DNA of 64,000 bases from Bryobacterales bacterium (GCA_963422375.2 OY729428.2:896001-960000), one strand, 5' to 3'; shown: positions 49,167-59,603, counted from the stretch's first letter. Numbers and translations are program-made. Notes: generated by a model from the letters alone, not told the origin.

Positions 49167-49736
49167 TCACACCTGGATGTAGCTGCCGTCGTTGTTGAAC
49201 TGGGTGGGCTGGCCCTTCTCCTCGCGGAACAGCACGCTCGTGTCGACCACGATGCGCCCCTGCGGGTCCAGCACGACGGAGGCGCGGTCCAGCGGTCGCG
49301 GCGCGGGCCCTTCGTAGTTCCGCCCCTCGGGGTCGTAGCCGCTGCCGTGGCAGGGGCACTTGAACTTCGACTCGCTGAGCTTCCAGTCCGGCGTGCAGCC
49401 GAGATGGGTGCAGCTGGCGTAGATCACGAACAGGCGATCCGTCGTGCGCACCACCCAGATGCGCTTGCTCTTCTGGAAGCGCGTGTCGATGCCGATCGGG
49501 AAATCCGCGGGCAGCCCGATGCGGAACTGCGTGCGCGGCTCGAAGATCGTCCGCGGGAAGAAAAAGCGCAGGAACATCAGGAAGTTCGCTGTCAGGAACC
49601 CGCCCGTCAGCAGGCCGATCATGCGGCGACGCGAGCGGATGCGACGCGCCTCGTCCGAGCTCTCCGACTGGACGCTCGCCTTGATGCGGTCTATCAGCGA
49701 AGCGCGGGCCGGTCCCGCGGCCTGGTCTTCCGGCAT
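49167..49736 (-). CDS. Rieske 2Fe-2S subunit
   Basis: CTHLGC and CPCHGS boxes, GPAPRPL, SRRR plus TM anchor. Confidence 0.95.
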   Translation of the reverse strand: MPEDQAAGPARASLIDRIKASVQSESSDEARRIRSRRRMIGLLTGGFLTANFLMFLRFFFPRTIFEPRTQFRIGLPADFPIGIDTRFQKSKRIWVVRTTDRLFVIYASCTHLGCTPDWKLSESKFKCPCHGSGYDPEGRNYEGPAPRPLDRASVVLDPQGRIVVDTSVLFREEKGQPTQFNNDGSYIQV

Positions 49737-49795
49737 TACTACCCCCGAAAAAATGCGTGCGCCATCCAAGCCGGCGCCGCGCGACTACTGCCCCT

Positions 49796-50590
49796 TCATT
49801 GTATGAAACGCTGCCTGCCTGCCACAAACCGCCCCGCGGCGGCCCGCTCAGGCACCCCGTCGCGCTCGAGCAGGCGCCGCGCGCGCTCGAGATCCTCGGG
49901 CGTGTCGACGCTCACGCCCACATGGTCGGCGGTGGGGACGACGGCGATCCGGTAGCCGTGCTCCAGGGCGCGCAGCTGCTCCAGCCCCTCGACGCCTTCC
50001 AGCTCGGTCGGCTCCAAGCGGCTGAATGCCAGCAGGAACTCCCGCCGGTACGCGTAGATGCCGATGTGCTCCCACGCTTCGTGCGCTGCGGAGCGCCCGG
50101 GGTAGGGGATCGGGCTGCGCGAGAAGTACAGCGCGTCGCCGGAGCGGCGCGTGACCACCTTGACGACGTTGGGATCGGCGAGGACCTCGGGATCGTCGAT
50201 CGGCTTGGCGAGCGTCGCCATCGGGGCGGATCCCGGCCGCAGCAGCGGCCGCACGACTTGCTCCAGGATGCCGGGGCTGACGAAGGGCTCGTCCCCCTGC
50301 ACGTTCACCACGACGCCCGCCGAGTCCCCGGCGGCCACCTCGGCCACGCGGTCCGTGCCGGAGAGATGGTCTGGCGAAGTCATCGCGCAGCTGCCGCCGA
50401 AGGCCTCCACGGCCTCGCGAATGCGGCGATCGTCGGTGGCCACGACCACGCGCTCGAGCAGGGCGCAGCCCGCGGCCCGCTCGTAGACGTGCTGAACCAA
50501 GGGCTTCCCGCCCAGCAGGGCGAGGGGCTTGCCTTCAAAGCGGCGCGAGCCGAAGCGGGCGGGGATGACGCCGAGTACGGATTCAGGCAA
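49796..50590 (-). CDS. kdsB: 3-deoxy-manno-octulosonate cytidylyltransferase
   Basis: IPARFGSRRFEGKPL, VATDD, SGTDR, VNVQGDEP, LYFSRSPIP, HIGIYAY, LEQLRALE. Confidence 0.95.
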   Translation of the reverse strand: MPESVLGVIPARFGSRRFEGKPLALLGGKPLVQHVYERAAGCALLERVVVATDDRRIREAVEAFGGSCAMTSPDHLSGTDRVAEVAAGDSAGVVVNVQGDEPFVSPGILEQVVRPLLRPGSAPMATLAKPIDDPEVLADPNVVKVVTRRSGDALYFSRSPIPYPGRSAAHEAWEHIGIYAYRREFLLAFSRLEPTELEGVEGLEQLRALEHGYRIAVVPTADHVGVSVDTPEDLERARRLLERDGVPERAAAGRFVAGRQRFIQ

Positions 50591-50606
50591 CTCCTCTCAT
50601 TCTTGC

Positions 50607-52100
50607 CTACAGCTCCGGGACCGGGTCGTCGGCCCCGACGTCCTCGCCCTCCCAGGTCACGCGGCCGCCCTCGTAGGTCAGGACCCGCGCTCGGCTGCCG
50701 GGCGCCGGCGGCAGGTCCCCGACGGGCAGGAAGCGCCTGTGCTCGGCGACAACTTCGGCGTATCGTGGATCGCCGGCGAGGTTGTCGAATTCCTGCGGGT
50801 CGCTCTGCATGTCGTAGAGCTCCTCGCTGCCGTCCGCATAGACGATGTAGCGCCATCTCTCGGAGCGGACGCCGTGGTTGCCCGCGTTGTGCGTGGTGAT
50901 GGCGGGCCATTCGCGGGGCGCGGCGGCGTTCCGCAGCTGCGGCAGGAGGCTGTGCCCCTCGAGGCCCTCCTGCGCGGGCAGGCCCGCGAGATCGATCAGC
51001 GTCGGGTAGATGTCCAGCAGCTCGGCCGGGCTCGTGACCCGGGCCCCTGCCGACACGCCGGGGCCCGCGAAGATCAGGGGCACGCGGGCCGAGCGGTCCC
51101 ACAGCGTGTTCTTACCGGTGATGAGCTTCTCGCCGAGATGCCAGCCGTGGTCGGACCACAGCACCACCACGGTGTCCTCGGCGTGGCCGCTCGCGTCGAG
51201 CGCGTCGATCAGGCGCCCGACCTGGCTGTCGACGAAGGAGATCGAGCCGAGATACGACGCGACGAGGTTGCGCCACTCGCCGGCTTCCTCGAGGAACTTC
51301 AGCCGCGGCTCGGGCAGCTTCCAGTGCAGGTACCAGCTGAAGCGCGGCGTGTCCTCGCGGTCGTCGCGCCGGACGGCCGGCAGCGCGACCGAGTCCTTGG
51401 GGTACATGTCGTACCACTTCTGCGTCACGTAGCACGGCACGTGCGGCAGGAAGAACCCGGCAGCCAGGAAGAACGGCCGCTCCTGCGGGCCCTTGAGAGA
51501 CCCTTGCAGCTGCTCGACGGCCCACGAGGCCACCGCCCAGTCGCCCTTGTCCTCGTCCTCGTGCGGAAACGTGCCCCAGTCCATCAGGGCATGCCCCGAC
51601 GGGGAATGCACCAGAGGCTCGTCCGGGCGCGCGCCGACGCCCGCCCGGGGGCCGAGCACCTGGAACTCGCTGTCGCCCTCGTCGCGACCGTAGCGCCCGT
51701 GGTAGATCTTGCCTGTCGAGTACGTGGCGTAGCCCTGCCGCGCCAAGTACTGCGGAAGCGTCTCGATATCCTTCAGGGTCTCGACCTCCCGGAACCACGG
51801 CGCCAAGCCGTAGATACCGGTACTCGAGGGCCGACGGCCGGTCAGCAGGCTCGTCCGGGCCGGGTTGCAGAGCGGAGCTTGGGTGTGGGCGTTGTAGAAC
51901 GTCGTGCCCCTCGCGGCGAGACGGTCCATGTGCGGCGTGCTGACTTGGGGATGGCCCTCCAGCGGCCCCACCCAGTCGTTGAGGTCGTCGATGGCGATGA
52001 ACAGGATGTTGGGCGGCGCCTGCGGCCCCTCCTCGGCGCACGAGGCGAGCGAGACCGTGCAGAGGATCGCGCCGCAAAGCGCTCGGGAATAGCTCGTCAT
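50607..52100 (-). CDS. sulfatase (iduronate-sulfatase-like), lipoprotein
   Basis: lipobox LASC; PNILFIAIDDL, CNPAR..LLTGR, GKIYH, WSDHGWHLGEK. Confidence 0.92.
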   Translation of the reverse strand: MTSYSRALCGAILCTVSLASCAEEGPQAPPNILFIAIDDLNDWVGPLEGHPQVSTPHMDRLAARGTTFYNAHTQAPLCNPARTSLLTGRRPSSTGIYGLAPWFREVETLKDIETLPQYLARQGYATYSTGKIYHGRYGRDEGDSEFQVLGPRAGVGARPDEPLVHSPSGHALMDWGTFPHEDEDKGDWAVASWAVEQLQGSLKGPQERPFFLAAGFFLPHVPCYVTQKWYDMYPKDSVALPAVRRDDREDTPRFSWYLHWKLPEPRLKFLEEAGEWRNLVASYLGSISFVDSQVGRLIDALDASGHAEDTVVVLWSDHGWHLGEKLITGKNTLWDRSARVPLIFAGPGVSAGARVTSPAELLDIYPTLIDLAGLPAQEGLEGHSLLPQLRNAAAPREWPAITTHNAGNHGVRSERWRYIVYADGSEELYDMQSDPQEFDNLAGDPRYAEVVAEHRRFLPVGDLPPAPGSRARVLTYEGGRVTWEGEDVGADDPVPEL

Positions 52101-52184
52101 GGCCGGATTGTGGCACACCGCGGCGCGTCGCGGGCGGTCGCCCGGCCAGGTCGCGGCCCGGCGGGTACGATGAAATCTCCTCCG

Positions 52185-52967
52185 ATGAACGGGGCTGCTC
52201 AGGAATTCTCGAAGCTGCTGGGGATCATGCGCACTCTGCGCGCTCCCGGCGGGTGCCCGTGGGACCGCGAGCAGACGCTGGCCAGCCTCCGAGCCTACGT
52301 GGTCGAGGAGACCTACGAGGTCCTCGACGCAATCGACCGCGGCGACTGGGAGGGCTTGGCCGAGGAGCTCGGCGACCTGCAGCTGCAGATCGTCTTCCAA
52401 GCGGAGATCGCGAGCTCGGAAGGCCTGTTCGATGTCGAGCAGGTGCTCCGAGGCATCAACGCCAAGCTGGTGCGGCGCCACCCGCACGTGTTCGAGTCGG
52501 AATCGCTCGGCACGCCCGAGGCCGTCACCAAGCGCTGGGAGGAGATCAAGGCCGAAGAGAAGGCCTCCCAGCCGGGCCGGGGCCTGCTGGACGGCGTGGC
52601 ACGGAACCAGCCCGCCATGCTCGAGGCCCGCCAGGTCGGCAAGGCCGCCGCCAAGGCGGGATTCGACTGGCAATCGTTCGAGCAGCTGGGCCGGAAGCTC
52701 GACGAGGAGTTCCGCGAGGCCTGCGAGGCGCAGCGCGGCGGCGACCCGGACCGGATCGAGGACGAAGTGGGCGACCTGCTGTTCATGGCGGTCAACGTCG
52801 CCCGCTTCGCCGGGGTGGACCCGGAGCTCGCGCTGAAGCGGGCCAACGCCAAGTTCCGCAAGCGCGTGGGAGCGATGGAGAGAGACCTCGCGAAAACGGG
52901 CCGCGGGTTCGCCGACTGCACCCGGGACGAGCTGGAATCGTCATGGCAGCGCGCCAAGAAGGACTAG
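52185..52967 (+). CDS. mazG: nucleoside triphosphate pyrophosphohydrolase
   Basis: GCPWDREQT, EETYEV, EELGDL, KLVRRHPHVF, GFDW, EVGDLLF. Confidence 0.95.
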   Translation: MNGAAQEFSKLLGIMRTLRAPGGCPWDREQTLASLRAYVVEETYEVLDAIDRGDWEGLAEELGDLQLQIVFQAEIASSEGLFDVEQVLRGINAKLVRRHPHVFESESLGTPEAVTKRWEEIKAEEKASQPGRGLLDGVARNQPAMLEARQVGKAAAKAGFDWQSFEQLGRKLDEEFREACEAQRGGDPDRIEDEVGDLLFMAVNVARFAGVDPELALKRANAKFRKRVGAMERDLAKTGRGFADCTRDELESSWQRAKKD

Positions 52968-53680
52968 GGAGGATCGAGATCCGGGCGCTCGGGTCGCTGA
53001 GGGAATTCCAAGCGACGCTGCGCCTGCAGCAGCAGATCTGGGGCTTCGACGAGGTTGACACCGTCGCGCCGCGGCTGTTCGCCGTGTTCGCCCGCATCGG
53101 CGGCTCGTGCCTCGGCGCCTACCTGGACGGCAGCCTGGTCGGCTACGCCCTGGCGTTCGCCGCGATCAAGCCCGACCGCCGGCCGTACTGGCACAGCCAC
53201 ATGGCGGGCGTCGACCCGGCCTGCCAGGACCTGGGCATCGGCTACCGGCTGAAGCTGCGGCAGCGCGAGGAGGCGCTGGCCGCCGGCCTAGGCCTGATCG
53301 AATGGACCTTCGACCCGCTGCAGGCGCGCAACGCGTACTTCAACATCGAGAAGCTGGGCACGGCCGTGGAGGCGTACCTGCCCGATTTCTACGGCATCAC
53401 CTCAAGCGAGCTGCACGGCGCTCTGCCCACGGACCGCCTGATGGCGGCGTGGCACCTGCGCGACCCCGTCGTGGTCCGGCGACTCGCCGGGGAGCGGCCG
53501 CTCCTGCATCGCGGCGCGGTCCGGATCGAGGTTCCGAAGCGGATCGCGGACGTGCCGCAAACGCGCGCGACGGCAATCCAAGAGCGCGTGCGCTCGCAGT
53601 TCTCCGCAGCCTTCCGGCAAGAGCGCCGCGTCGCGGCCTTCGAGCGAACCGGGGACGGCGGGATCTACCACCTCCTGTGA
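52943..53680 (+). CDS. GNAT-family N-acetyltransferase
   Basis: HSHMAGV, GIGYRLKLRQRE, WTFDPLQARNAYFN, PTDRL; start uncertain. Confidence 0.85.
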   Translation: MAARQEGLGRIEIRALGSLREFQATLRLQQQIWGFDEVDTVAPRLFAVFARIGGSCLGAYLDGSLVGYALAFAAIKPDRRPYWHSHMAGVDPACQDLGIGYRLKLRQREEALAAGLGLIEWTFDPLQARNAYFNIEKLGTAVEAYLPDFYGITSSELHGALPTDRLMAAWHLRDPVVVRRLAGERPLLHRGAVRIEVPKRIADVPQTRATAIQERVRSQFSAAFRQERRVAAFERTGDGGIYHLL

Positions 53681-53721
53681 GCGCCGGCTCCCGCGCCGGG
53701 CTCGGAGTAGGATAGAAGCTC

Positions 53722-54588
53722 GTGGCCGAGTTCCCCGTCGCCGTCATCACGGACGAGTTCTCGCAAGACCTCGAGCGGGTCTGCGCCACCGCGGTCGAGC
53801 TCGGAGTCCCGGAACTCGAGATCCGCACCGCCTGGGGCAAGAACGTGCTGGCTATGGCGGACGACGAGGTCCGCCGCGTGAAGGAGACCGCCGACCGCCA
53901 CGGTCGGCGGATCGTGTGCGTGGCCTCGCCTGTCTACAAGTGCGTCCTGCCAGACGGCGGCGACATCGACGAGCGCTTCCAGCACGACGCGTTCCAAGCG
54001 TCGTACGCGTTCGACGAGCAGCCCGGCCTGCTCGAGCGCGCCTTGGAGATAGCCGCGCGACTCGAGGCGCCCTTCGTGCGCGTGTTCAGCTTCTGGCGCA
54101 CGGTCGAGCCCGAGCGGAATCTCGAGCGAATCCTGGAGATCCTGCAGGGCGGCGGCGAGGTCGCGCGACGCGCGGGCGTCACGCTCGGGCTCGAGAACGA
54201 GCCCGCCTGCCATCTCGCCACGGGCAGGGAGGTGTCCGTCGCGGCTAGGCGGCTGGATCCCTCGGCCTTCGGCATCGTCTGGGATCCCGGCAACGCCCGG
54301 GCCTGCGGCGAGCGGGCGTTCCCCGACGGGTTCGCCCACATCCCGGTCGAGAGGATCTGCCACGTCCACGCGAAGGACTTGACGTTCGACCCGCAATCGG
54401 GGGCGCTGCGATGGTGCAACATCGGCGAAGGCGAGGTGGGCTGGTCCGCGCAGCTGGAGGCCCTAGCCCAAGCCGGCTACAGCGGCTCGGTGAGCCTGGA
54501 GACGCACTGGGGCGGGCCTGGAGGCGACAAGTACCTCGGGACTTCGATCTGCGCGAGAAGCCTCGCGCGGCTCGTGGCAGCGGCCTAG
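53722..54588 (+). CDS. sugar phosphate isomerase/epimerase (TIM barrel)
   Basis: ITDEFSQD, RVFSFW, LENE, WDPGN, HVHAKD, SLETH. Confidence 0.88.
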   Translation: MAEFPVAVITDEFSQDLERVCATAVELGVPELEIRTAWGKNVLAMADDEVRRVKETADRHGRRIVCVASPVYKCVLPDGGDIDERFQHDAFQASYAFDEQPGLLERALEIAARLEAPFVRVFSFWRTVEPERNLERILEILQGGGEVARRAGVTLGLENEPACHLATGREVSVAARRLDPSAFGIVWDPGNARACGERAFPDGFAHIPVERICHVHAKDLTFDPQSGALRWCNIGEGEVGWSAQLEALAQAGYSGSVSLETHWGGPGGDKYLGTSICARSLARLVAAA

Positions 54589-54591
54589 GCG

Positions 54592-56673
54592 CTACTCGTC
54601 GTCGTCCTTGCCGGTACGCTCGCGCTTCGCGGCCTCGATGACCTTCTCGGCGATCTGGGCGGGCACGAAGTCGTAGTAGCCCGACTCCATAGAGAACGAC
54701 CCGCGGCCCTGCGTCATCGAGGTGAGGTCGTTCGCGTAGGCCAGCATCTCCGCCATGGGGACGTCGGCGCGGATGACTTGGGTCGTCCCTCTCGAGTCCA
54801 TGCCTTGGATGCGGCCCCGGCGGCCGTTCAGGTCTCCCATGAGGTCGCCGGCGAATTCCATCGGCGCGACGATCTCGACCTTCATGACCGGCTCCAGCAG
54901 GGCGGGCCGGGCACCGGCCATCGCCAGCTTGAAGGCCTTGCTGCCCGCGAGCTTGAAGGCCAGCTCGGACGAGTCCACGTCGTGGTACGACCCGTCGTAG
55001 AGGGTCACCTTGAAGTCGACCACGGGATATCCGGCGAGATAGCCCCTCTGCGCCGATTCGCGAATGCCCTTCTCAACCGCGGGAATGTAGGTCTTGGGAA
55101 TCGCGCCGCCGAAGATCTCGTCGACGAACTCGAACTCGAGGCCGCGCTCCAAGGGAGCCACCCGGATGCGGCAGTCGCCGAACTGGCCGTGCCCGCCGGT
55201 CTGCTTCTTGTGCCGACCGTGCACGTCCGCCGTGCCGCGGATGGTCTCCCGGTAGGGAACTTTCGGCGGGCGCAGGTCCACGTTGACGCTGTAGCGCCTC
55301 CGGAGCTTGCTGCAAACGACATCGATGTGCTGCTGGCCGCTGCCCGCGAGCAGGAACTCTTGCGTCTCCGGGTCCCGGTAGAAGCGGAGCGACGGATCCT
55401 CCTCAAGGACCCGCGTAACCGCCCCGCTGAGGCGGTCCTCGTCCTGGCGCGTCCGCGGCTGGATCGCGTAGGAGATGGAAGGCGCCGCCAAGCTGGCGCG
55501 GGGGAACTCGAACGGCCGTTCCTCGAGTCCGAGACTGTCGCCGGTCGCGGTGTCCTTCAGCTTCGCCACGCCTCCGATGTCGCCGGCGCGAATCGCGGCG
55601 ACGGGGCTGAGCGTCTTGCCCTGCGCCACGCTGACGCGAGCGAACTTCTCGCTGTTGCCGGAGCGGTGGTTATGCACGACGGCATCCGTGCGGAGGACGC
55701 CGGCAGCGACCCGGAAGTAGGTCACCCGACCGGAGAAGGGGTCGGAGCTCGTCTTCCAGACGTACAGCGCGAGCGGCCCGCTGTCGCTGATCTCTACCGG
55801 TCCGGACTCCGCGGGCAGCTCGCCTCGGTCCTCGGCGGACGGGGAAGCCTCGACGAGGAAGTCAAGCAGCCGGTCGATGGCCATGTTGTGCAAGGCGGAC
55901 CCGCACAGCAGGGGAATGACCTCGCCTCCCGAAACGGCTCTCCTCAGACCGTCGAGGAGCTTGTCGCCCTCCAGCGTGCCCTCCTCGAAGTACTCGTTCA
56001 TCAAGTCCTCGTCCGTCTCGGCGACGGCCTCGATCAGGCCCGTACGGGCCTCCTCGACCTCGTCGTCCATGTCACCGGGCACCGGCACCTCCCTGCCCCG
56101 GCCGTTGCCGTCGAGGTCGTACTCGTAGGCCGTGCCGGAAACGAGGTCGATCACGCCGCGATAGCCCTTCTCTCGACCGAGGGGCAGCTGCACCGGGACG
56201 GCGGTCACGCCGAACACTTCCCGGGCCTGCTCCGCGACGGCGGAGACCGACGCTCGCTCCTTGTGCATCTTGTTAACGAAGAGGATCTTCGGCAGGCCGT
56301 ACTCGGTGGCGAACGCCCAGCACTTCTCCGTCTGGACCTCGATGCCGTTGACGGCATCGACAACCACTAGGGCCGTGTCGGCGGCGATCAGGGCGGCCTT
56401 GGCGTCATTGATGAAGATGTTGTAGCCCGGGGTGTCGAGGAGGTTGACCTTCGCCCCGCCCCATTCGGCGACCGCGACTGCCGTGGAAATCGAGACCTTG
56501 CGCGAGACCTCCTCCTCGTCGTAATCCGTGACCGCGTTGCCGTCGTCGACCCGCGTAAGCCGAGTCGTCGCGCCGGCCGTGTAGAGCATGGCCGACGCCA
56601 GTGTCGTTTTGCCGCAATCGCCGTGACCGACGATGCCGACGTTTCTCACGTCCGCGCCAGCGTATACCTTCAT
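54592..56673 (-). CDS. elongation factor G paralogue (EF-G2-like)
   Basis: GHGDCGKTT, DTPGY, KVPYRETI, HKKQTGGHGQF, GSYHDVDSS, LLEP; outside the str operon. Confidence 0.92.
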   Translation of the reverse strand: MKVYAGADVRNVGIVGHGDCGKTTLASAMLYTAGATTRLTRVDDGNAVTDYDEEEVSRKVSISTAVAVAEWGGAKVNLLDTPGYNIFINDAKAALIAADTALVVVDAVNGIEVQTEKCWAFATEYGLPKILFVNKMHKERASVSAVAEQAREVFGVTAVPVQLPLGREKGYRGVIDLVSGTAYEYDLDGNGRGREVPVPGDMDDEVEEARTGLIEAVAETDEDLMNEYFEEGTLEGDKLLDGLRRAVSGGEVIPLLCGSALHNMAIDRLLDFLVEASPSAEDRGELPAESGPVEISDSGPLALYVWKTSSDPFSGRVTYFRVAAGVLRTDAVVHNHRSGNSEKFARVSVAQGKTLSPVAAIRAGDIGGVAKLKDTATGDSLGLEERPFEFPRASLAAPSISYAIQPRTRQDEDRLSGAVTRVLEEDPSLRFYRDPETQEFLLAGSGQQHIDVVCSKLRRRYSVNVDLRPPKVPYRETIRGTADVHGRHKKQTGGHGQFGDCRIRVAPLERGLEFEFVDEIFGGAIPKTYIPAVEKGIRESAQRGYLAGYPVVDFKVTLYDGSYHDVDSSELAFKLAGSKAFKLAMAGARPALLEPVMKVEIVAPMEFAGDLMGDLNGRRGRIQGMDSRGTTQVIRADVPMAEMLAYANDLTSMTQGRGSFSMESGYYDFVPAQIAEKVIEAAKRERTGKDDDE

Positions 56674-57048
56674 TGCACCTTGTCCCGAAATCGACGGATC
56701 GGGCGGCCGGGACCCTTGCCCGGAATACCCTCGCGAGGCGGTCGCGCACTATGGGGCGACGACCCTAGGGCATCAGTATATCGAACGGCTCCGCCCCCGA
56801 AGACGGTCGAGAAGCGCGGGGGTGTCGCCTATCGCGTGACGCGAGCGGGTCGAGCGGGCGGATTCACGCCGCGGGCCGAGTCCCTGCGCGCGCTCGAGGG
56901 CGGTCCCGCCGGAGGCACGATGGCGCGCTCCCCCTCGCGGGCGGAGAACCGTGACCGCACGGCCCGGGCTGCGGGCGCGCGGCGGCGGGGCTTCCCCGTC
57001 GGGACCGCATCGATCCGCAGCGCAGCGCGCGGCCGTGCCGCCGGGAAT

Positions 57049-58527
57049 CTACGGAGAGCTGTATTCGAGCCATGTCGAATAGGAGTGGCCTCGGGAGCCC
57101 GTGTACTTGTAGGTGTCGAACACCCCCGCCTCTCCCAGCGCCCGCGGGTCCCCGTCGGCCTCGAGGCGCGCCTGGAGCTCGGCCCGGAGATCCTTCTTGA
57201 CCGTCGCGAGGGCCGGGTCATCGGCCAAGTCATGGACGCAGTCCCTGTCGCGGTCCACACGATAGAGTTCCTCAGCAGGGCGCTTGCCGAACGACAGGCG
57301 GTAGTTGTCGTCGAAACGTCCGACCAGCCGGCTCTTTGTCGGGCTGCCATCGCAGTTGCGGTAGCCGGTCTCCGGATTGCCCGCGGGCCATCGGTCGGGC
57401 TCGTAGTTCCGCACGTAGAGATACTCGGGCGTCCGGATCGCCCGGACCGGGTAGCCCCAGTCGTTCGGGCGCCCGAGGTCGTGACGCTCCTTGCCCACTA
57501 GCATTCGGTTGCGGTCCGGATCGATCCAGCCCCCCTCGTCCGAGTCGAGAATGCCGGCGAAGCTGCTGCCCGTCATGGAGTCGGGAACTTCCACGCCCGC
57601 GACTTCCAGGATGGTCGGAGCGAAGTCCCTGACGTTGATGAAGTCCTCGACGGTGCGCCCTTCGCGGCCGCCGCCCCAGCGAACCGCCAGCGGCAGGTGG
57701 AATCCGTACTCGTATATCTGCCCCTTGACCCGGGGGAACGGCATGCCGTGGTCGGAGGTCGCGATGACCAGCGTGCTGTCGAGTTCGCCGATCTCCTCTA
57801 GCTTGGCGAGAATGCGGCCCAGATGGGTGTCGAACCATTCCGACTCGACGGCGTAGTCCGCCAAGTCGCGACGGATCGTCACGTCGTCAGGGTAGAAGGC
57901 AGGCAGGTCGACGTCCTGGTGGCGCTTCCCGCTGATCGCCCCCGCCCCGTCCTGGAAGGCCCTGTGGGGCTCGTGGGTACCGAACCAGAAGCAGAACGGC
58001 TGGCCCGGCTCGCGGCCTTCGAGAAAGTCCTCGAAGTTCCCGGCATAGTCCTTGTTGGACATGCTGCGGAAAGGCGGCTCCAGGGTGTGCCTGGCGTATT
58101 CCGGGCCGGCCGGGTTGCGGGCGAATCCGCCGGCCTTGTAGTCGCCGGGTCCCCAGCCCTTGCCCGTGTACCCGACCCGGTACCCGGCCTTCTCGAGCAG
58201 GTCGGGAAAGACCTCCCAATTGGCTGGAAACACCCCGAAGTGGTTGACGGCCTCTTCGAGCTGCCACGTGTTCCGCCCGGTGAGGATGCTCGCTCGGCAG
58301 GGCGAGCACTTGGGATTGGAGGTGAAGCAGTTGGCGAGGAGAACCCCTTCCGCGGCGAGTCGGTCGAACGCGGGCGTCTCGACCCAGGTACAACCGTAGG
58401 CTCCTGCATGGGGCCACCCCCAGTCGTCTGCGATCGCGAACAGGATGTTGGGGCGTTTCGCCTGTGCAACAACCGGCAGGGCGGCGGTCGCGCCGAGCGT
58501 CGCGGAAAGCAGGTCCCGTCGAGTCAT
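57049..58527 (-). CDS. sulfatase (sulfamidase-like) with Tat signal
   Basis: MTRRDLL; PNILFAIADD, CSPCR..LTGR, GKGWGPG, EPHR, SDHGMPFPRVK, KERHD. Confidence 0.92.
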   Translation of the reverse strand: MTRRDLLSATLGATAALPVVAQAKRPNILFAIADDWGWPHAGAYGCTWVETPAFDRLAAEGVLLANCFTSNPKCSPCRASILTGRNTWQLEEAVNHFGVFPANWEVFPDLLEKAGYRVGYTGKGWGPGDYKAGGFARNPAGPEYARHTLEPPFRSMSNKDYAGNFEDFLEGREPGQPFCFWFGTHEPHRAFQDGAGAISGKRHQDVDLPAFYPDDVTIRRDLADYAVESEWFDTHLGRILAKLEEIGELDSTLVIATSDHGMPFPRVKGQIYEYGFHLPLAVRWGGGREGRTVEDFINVRDFAPTILEVAGVEVPDSMTGSSFAGILDSDEGGWIDPDRNRMLVGKERHDLGRPNDWGYPVRAIRTPEYLYVRNYEPDRWPAGNPETGYRNCDGSPTKSRLVGRFDDNYRLSFGKRPAEELYRVDRDRDCVHDLADDPALATVKKDLRAELQARLEADGDPRALGEAGVFDTYKYTGSRGHSYSTWLEYSSP

Positions 58528-58719
58528 GTCCCGTAGAATAGCCGAGCGTCGCGGCAGCGGTCGCGTCGGAGCGTGTCCGCCCGCTGGCGGTCTGGAGGAG
58601 GCCAGATTCGATTCGCGGAGCTGCCAGAGGTTTGCATTGTGAACACAGGTCTGGCAGAATAGTGCGCCCGTTCGCATCGCGCGGGCGATTCGCGCAGCTT
58701 CAAGGAAGGACCCATTTGA

Positions 58720-59397
58720 ATGAACGGTCAGGAAGACGGCCGGGCGGGCGCTACCTCCGGGGGCGACGGTCTCAGCGATACCCAGAGGGAGAGAATCCGG
58801 GCCGACGAAGTTCGCGCCGACGAGGAGCGGAGGTACCGGGAAAGCGTGCGCCGAGACATTCGCCGGGAGGGGCGGGGCGATTCGATGTGGGACCGCATTG
58901 TCGCCGTGCTGAAGCTTGAGCCAGCGATCTTTGAAGCGGTCGCGGCGGACACGAGCGCTACGTGGCAGGCCGTCGGAGTCTTTGCGCTTGCGACCGTGGT
59001 CGGCTCTCTGCTGACGGCCTTTGTCATACCGGTCTTCGGCGTGCTTCTCATACCGCTCATCGTCGTGAGCGCCTTCATCGGCGTACTGGTCCACACCCTA
59101 GTGGTTCGCCTGCTTTCGATGCTCTTCGCCGACAGCTTGCCGCCCTACTCGGCTTGGTTGCGAGCGATGCTATACACCGTGCCACCTACGGCCTTCAATG
59201 TCATCCCTATGGTCGGGTGGTTCGTTAGCCCCGTATATGTATTCGTCCTGCAAGTTGTCGCAATCCGGCAAGTGGCTCGAATCTCCACCGGCAAGGCCCT
59301 TGTAGTGCTCTTGCTTCCGTGGGCAGTGTTGGGCCTGCTGGTCGCTCTTTTTGGCATGGCGCTCGTCGTAGCCCTCCTCGGCGAAGCGACTAGTTGA
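58720..59397 (+). CDS. YIP1-family-like membrane protein
   Basis: charged N-terminus followed by about five TM helices; IRQVARISTGKA. Confidence 0.65.
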   Translation: MNGQEDGRAGATSGGDGLSDTQRERIRADEVRADEERRYRESVRRDIRREGRGDSMWDRIVAVLKLEPAIFEAVAADTSATWQAVGVFALATVVGSLLTAFVIPVFGVLLIPLIVVSAFIGVLVHTLVVRLLSMLFADSLPPYSAWLRAMLYTVPPTAFNVIPMVGWFVSPVYVFVLQVVAIRQVARISTGKALVVLLLPWAVLGLLVALFGMALVVALLGEATS

Positions 59398-59603
59398 GGG
59401 GCGTATCGAGCCGGGACCGGCTTGGAATCGCGTAGACCAACCTCGCGCGCGGCAAGAAGATCGCCACAGCGAGCCATCGCCGTGGCGTTGATTGGGCCGG
59501 GCGCGGCCATACAACCGCTGGGCTGCATGCCGGGGACTTCGAATCCGGCGCAAGCACGCTCCAAGGGCGTCGTCCTGCACGGTCCGCGGTGCAGTCGCTA
59601 AGA

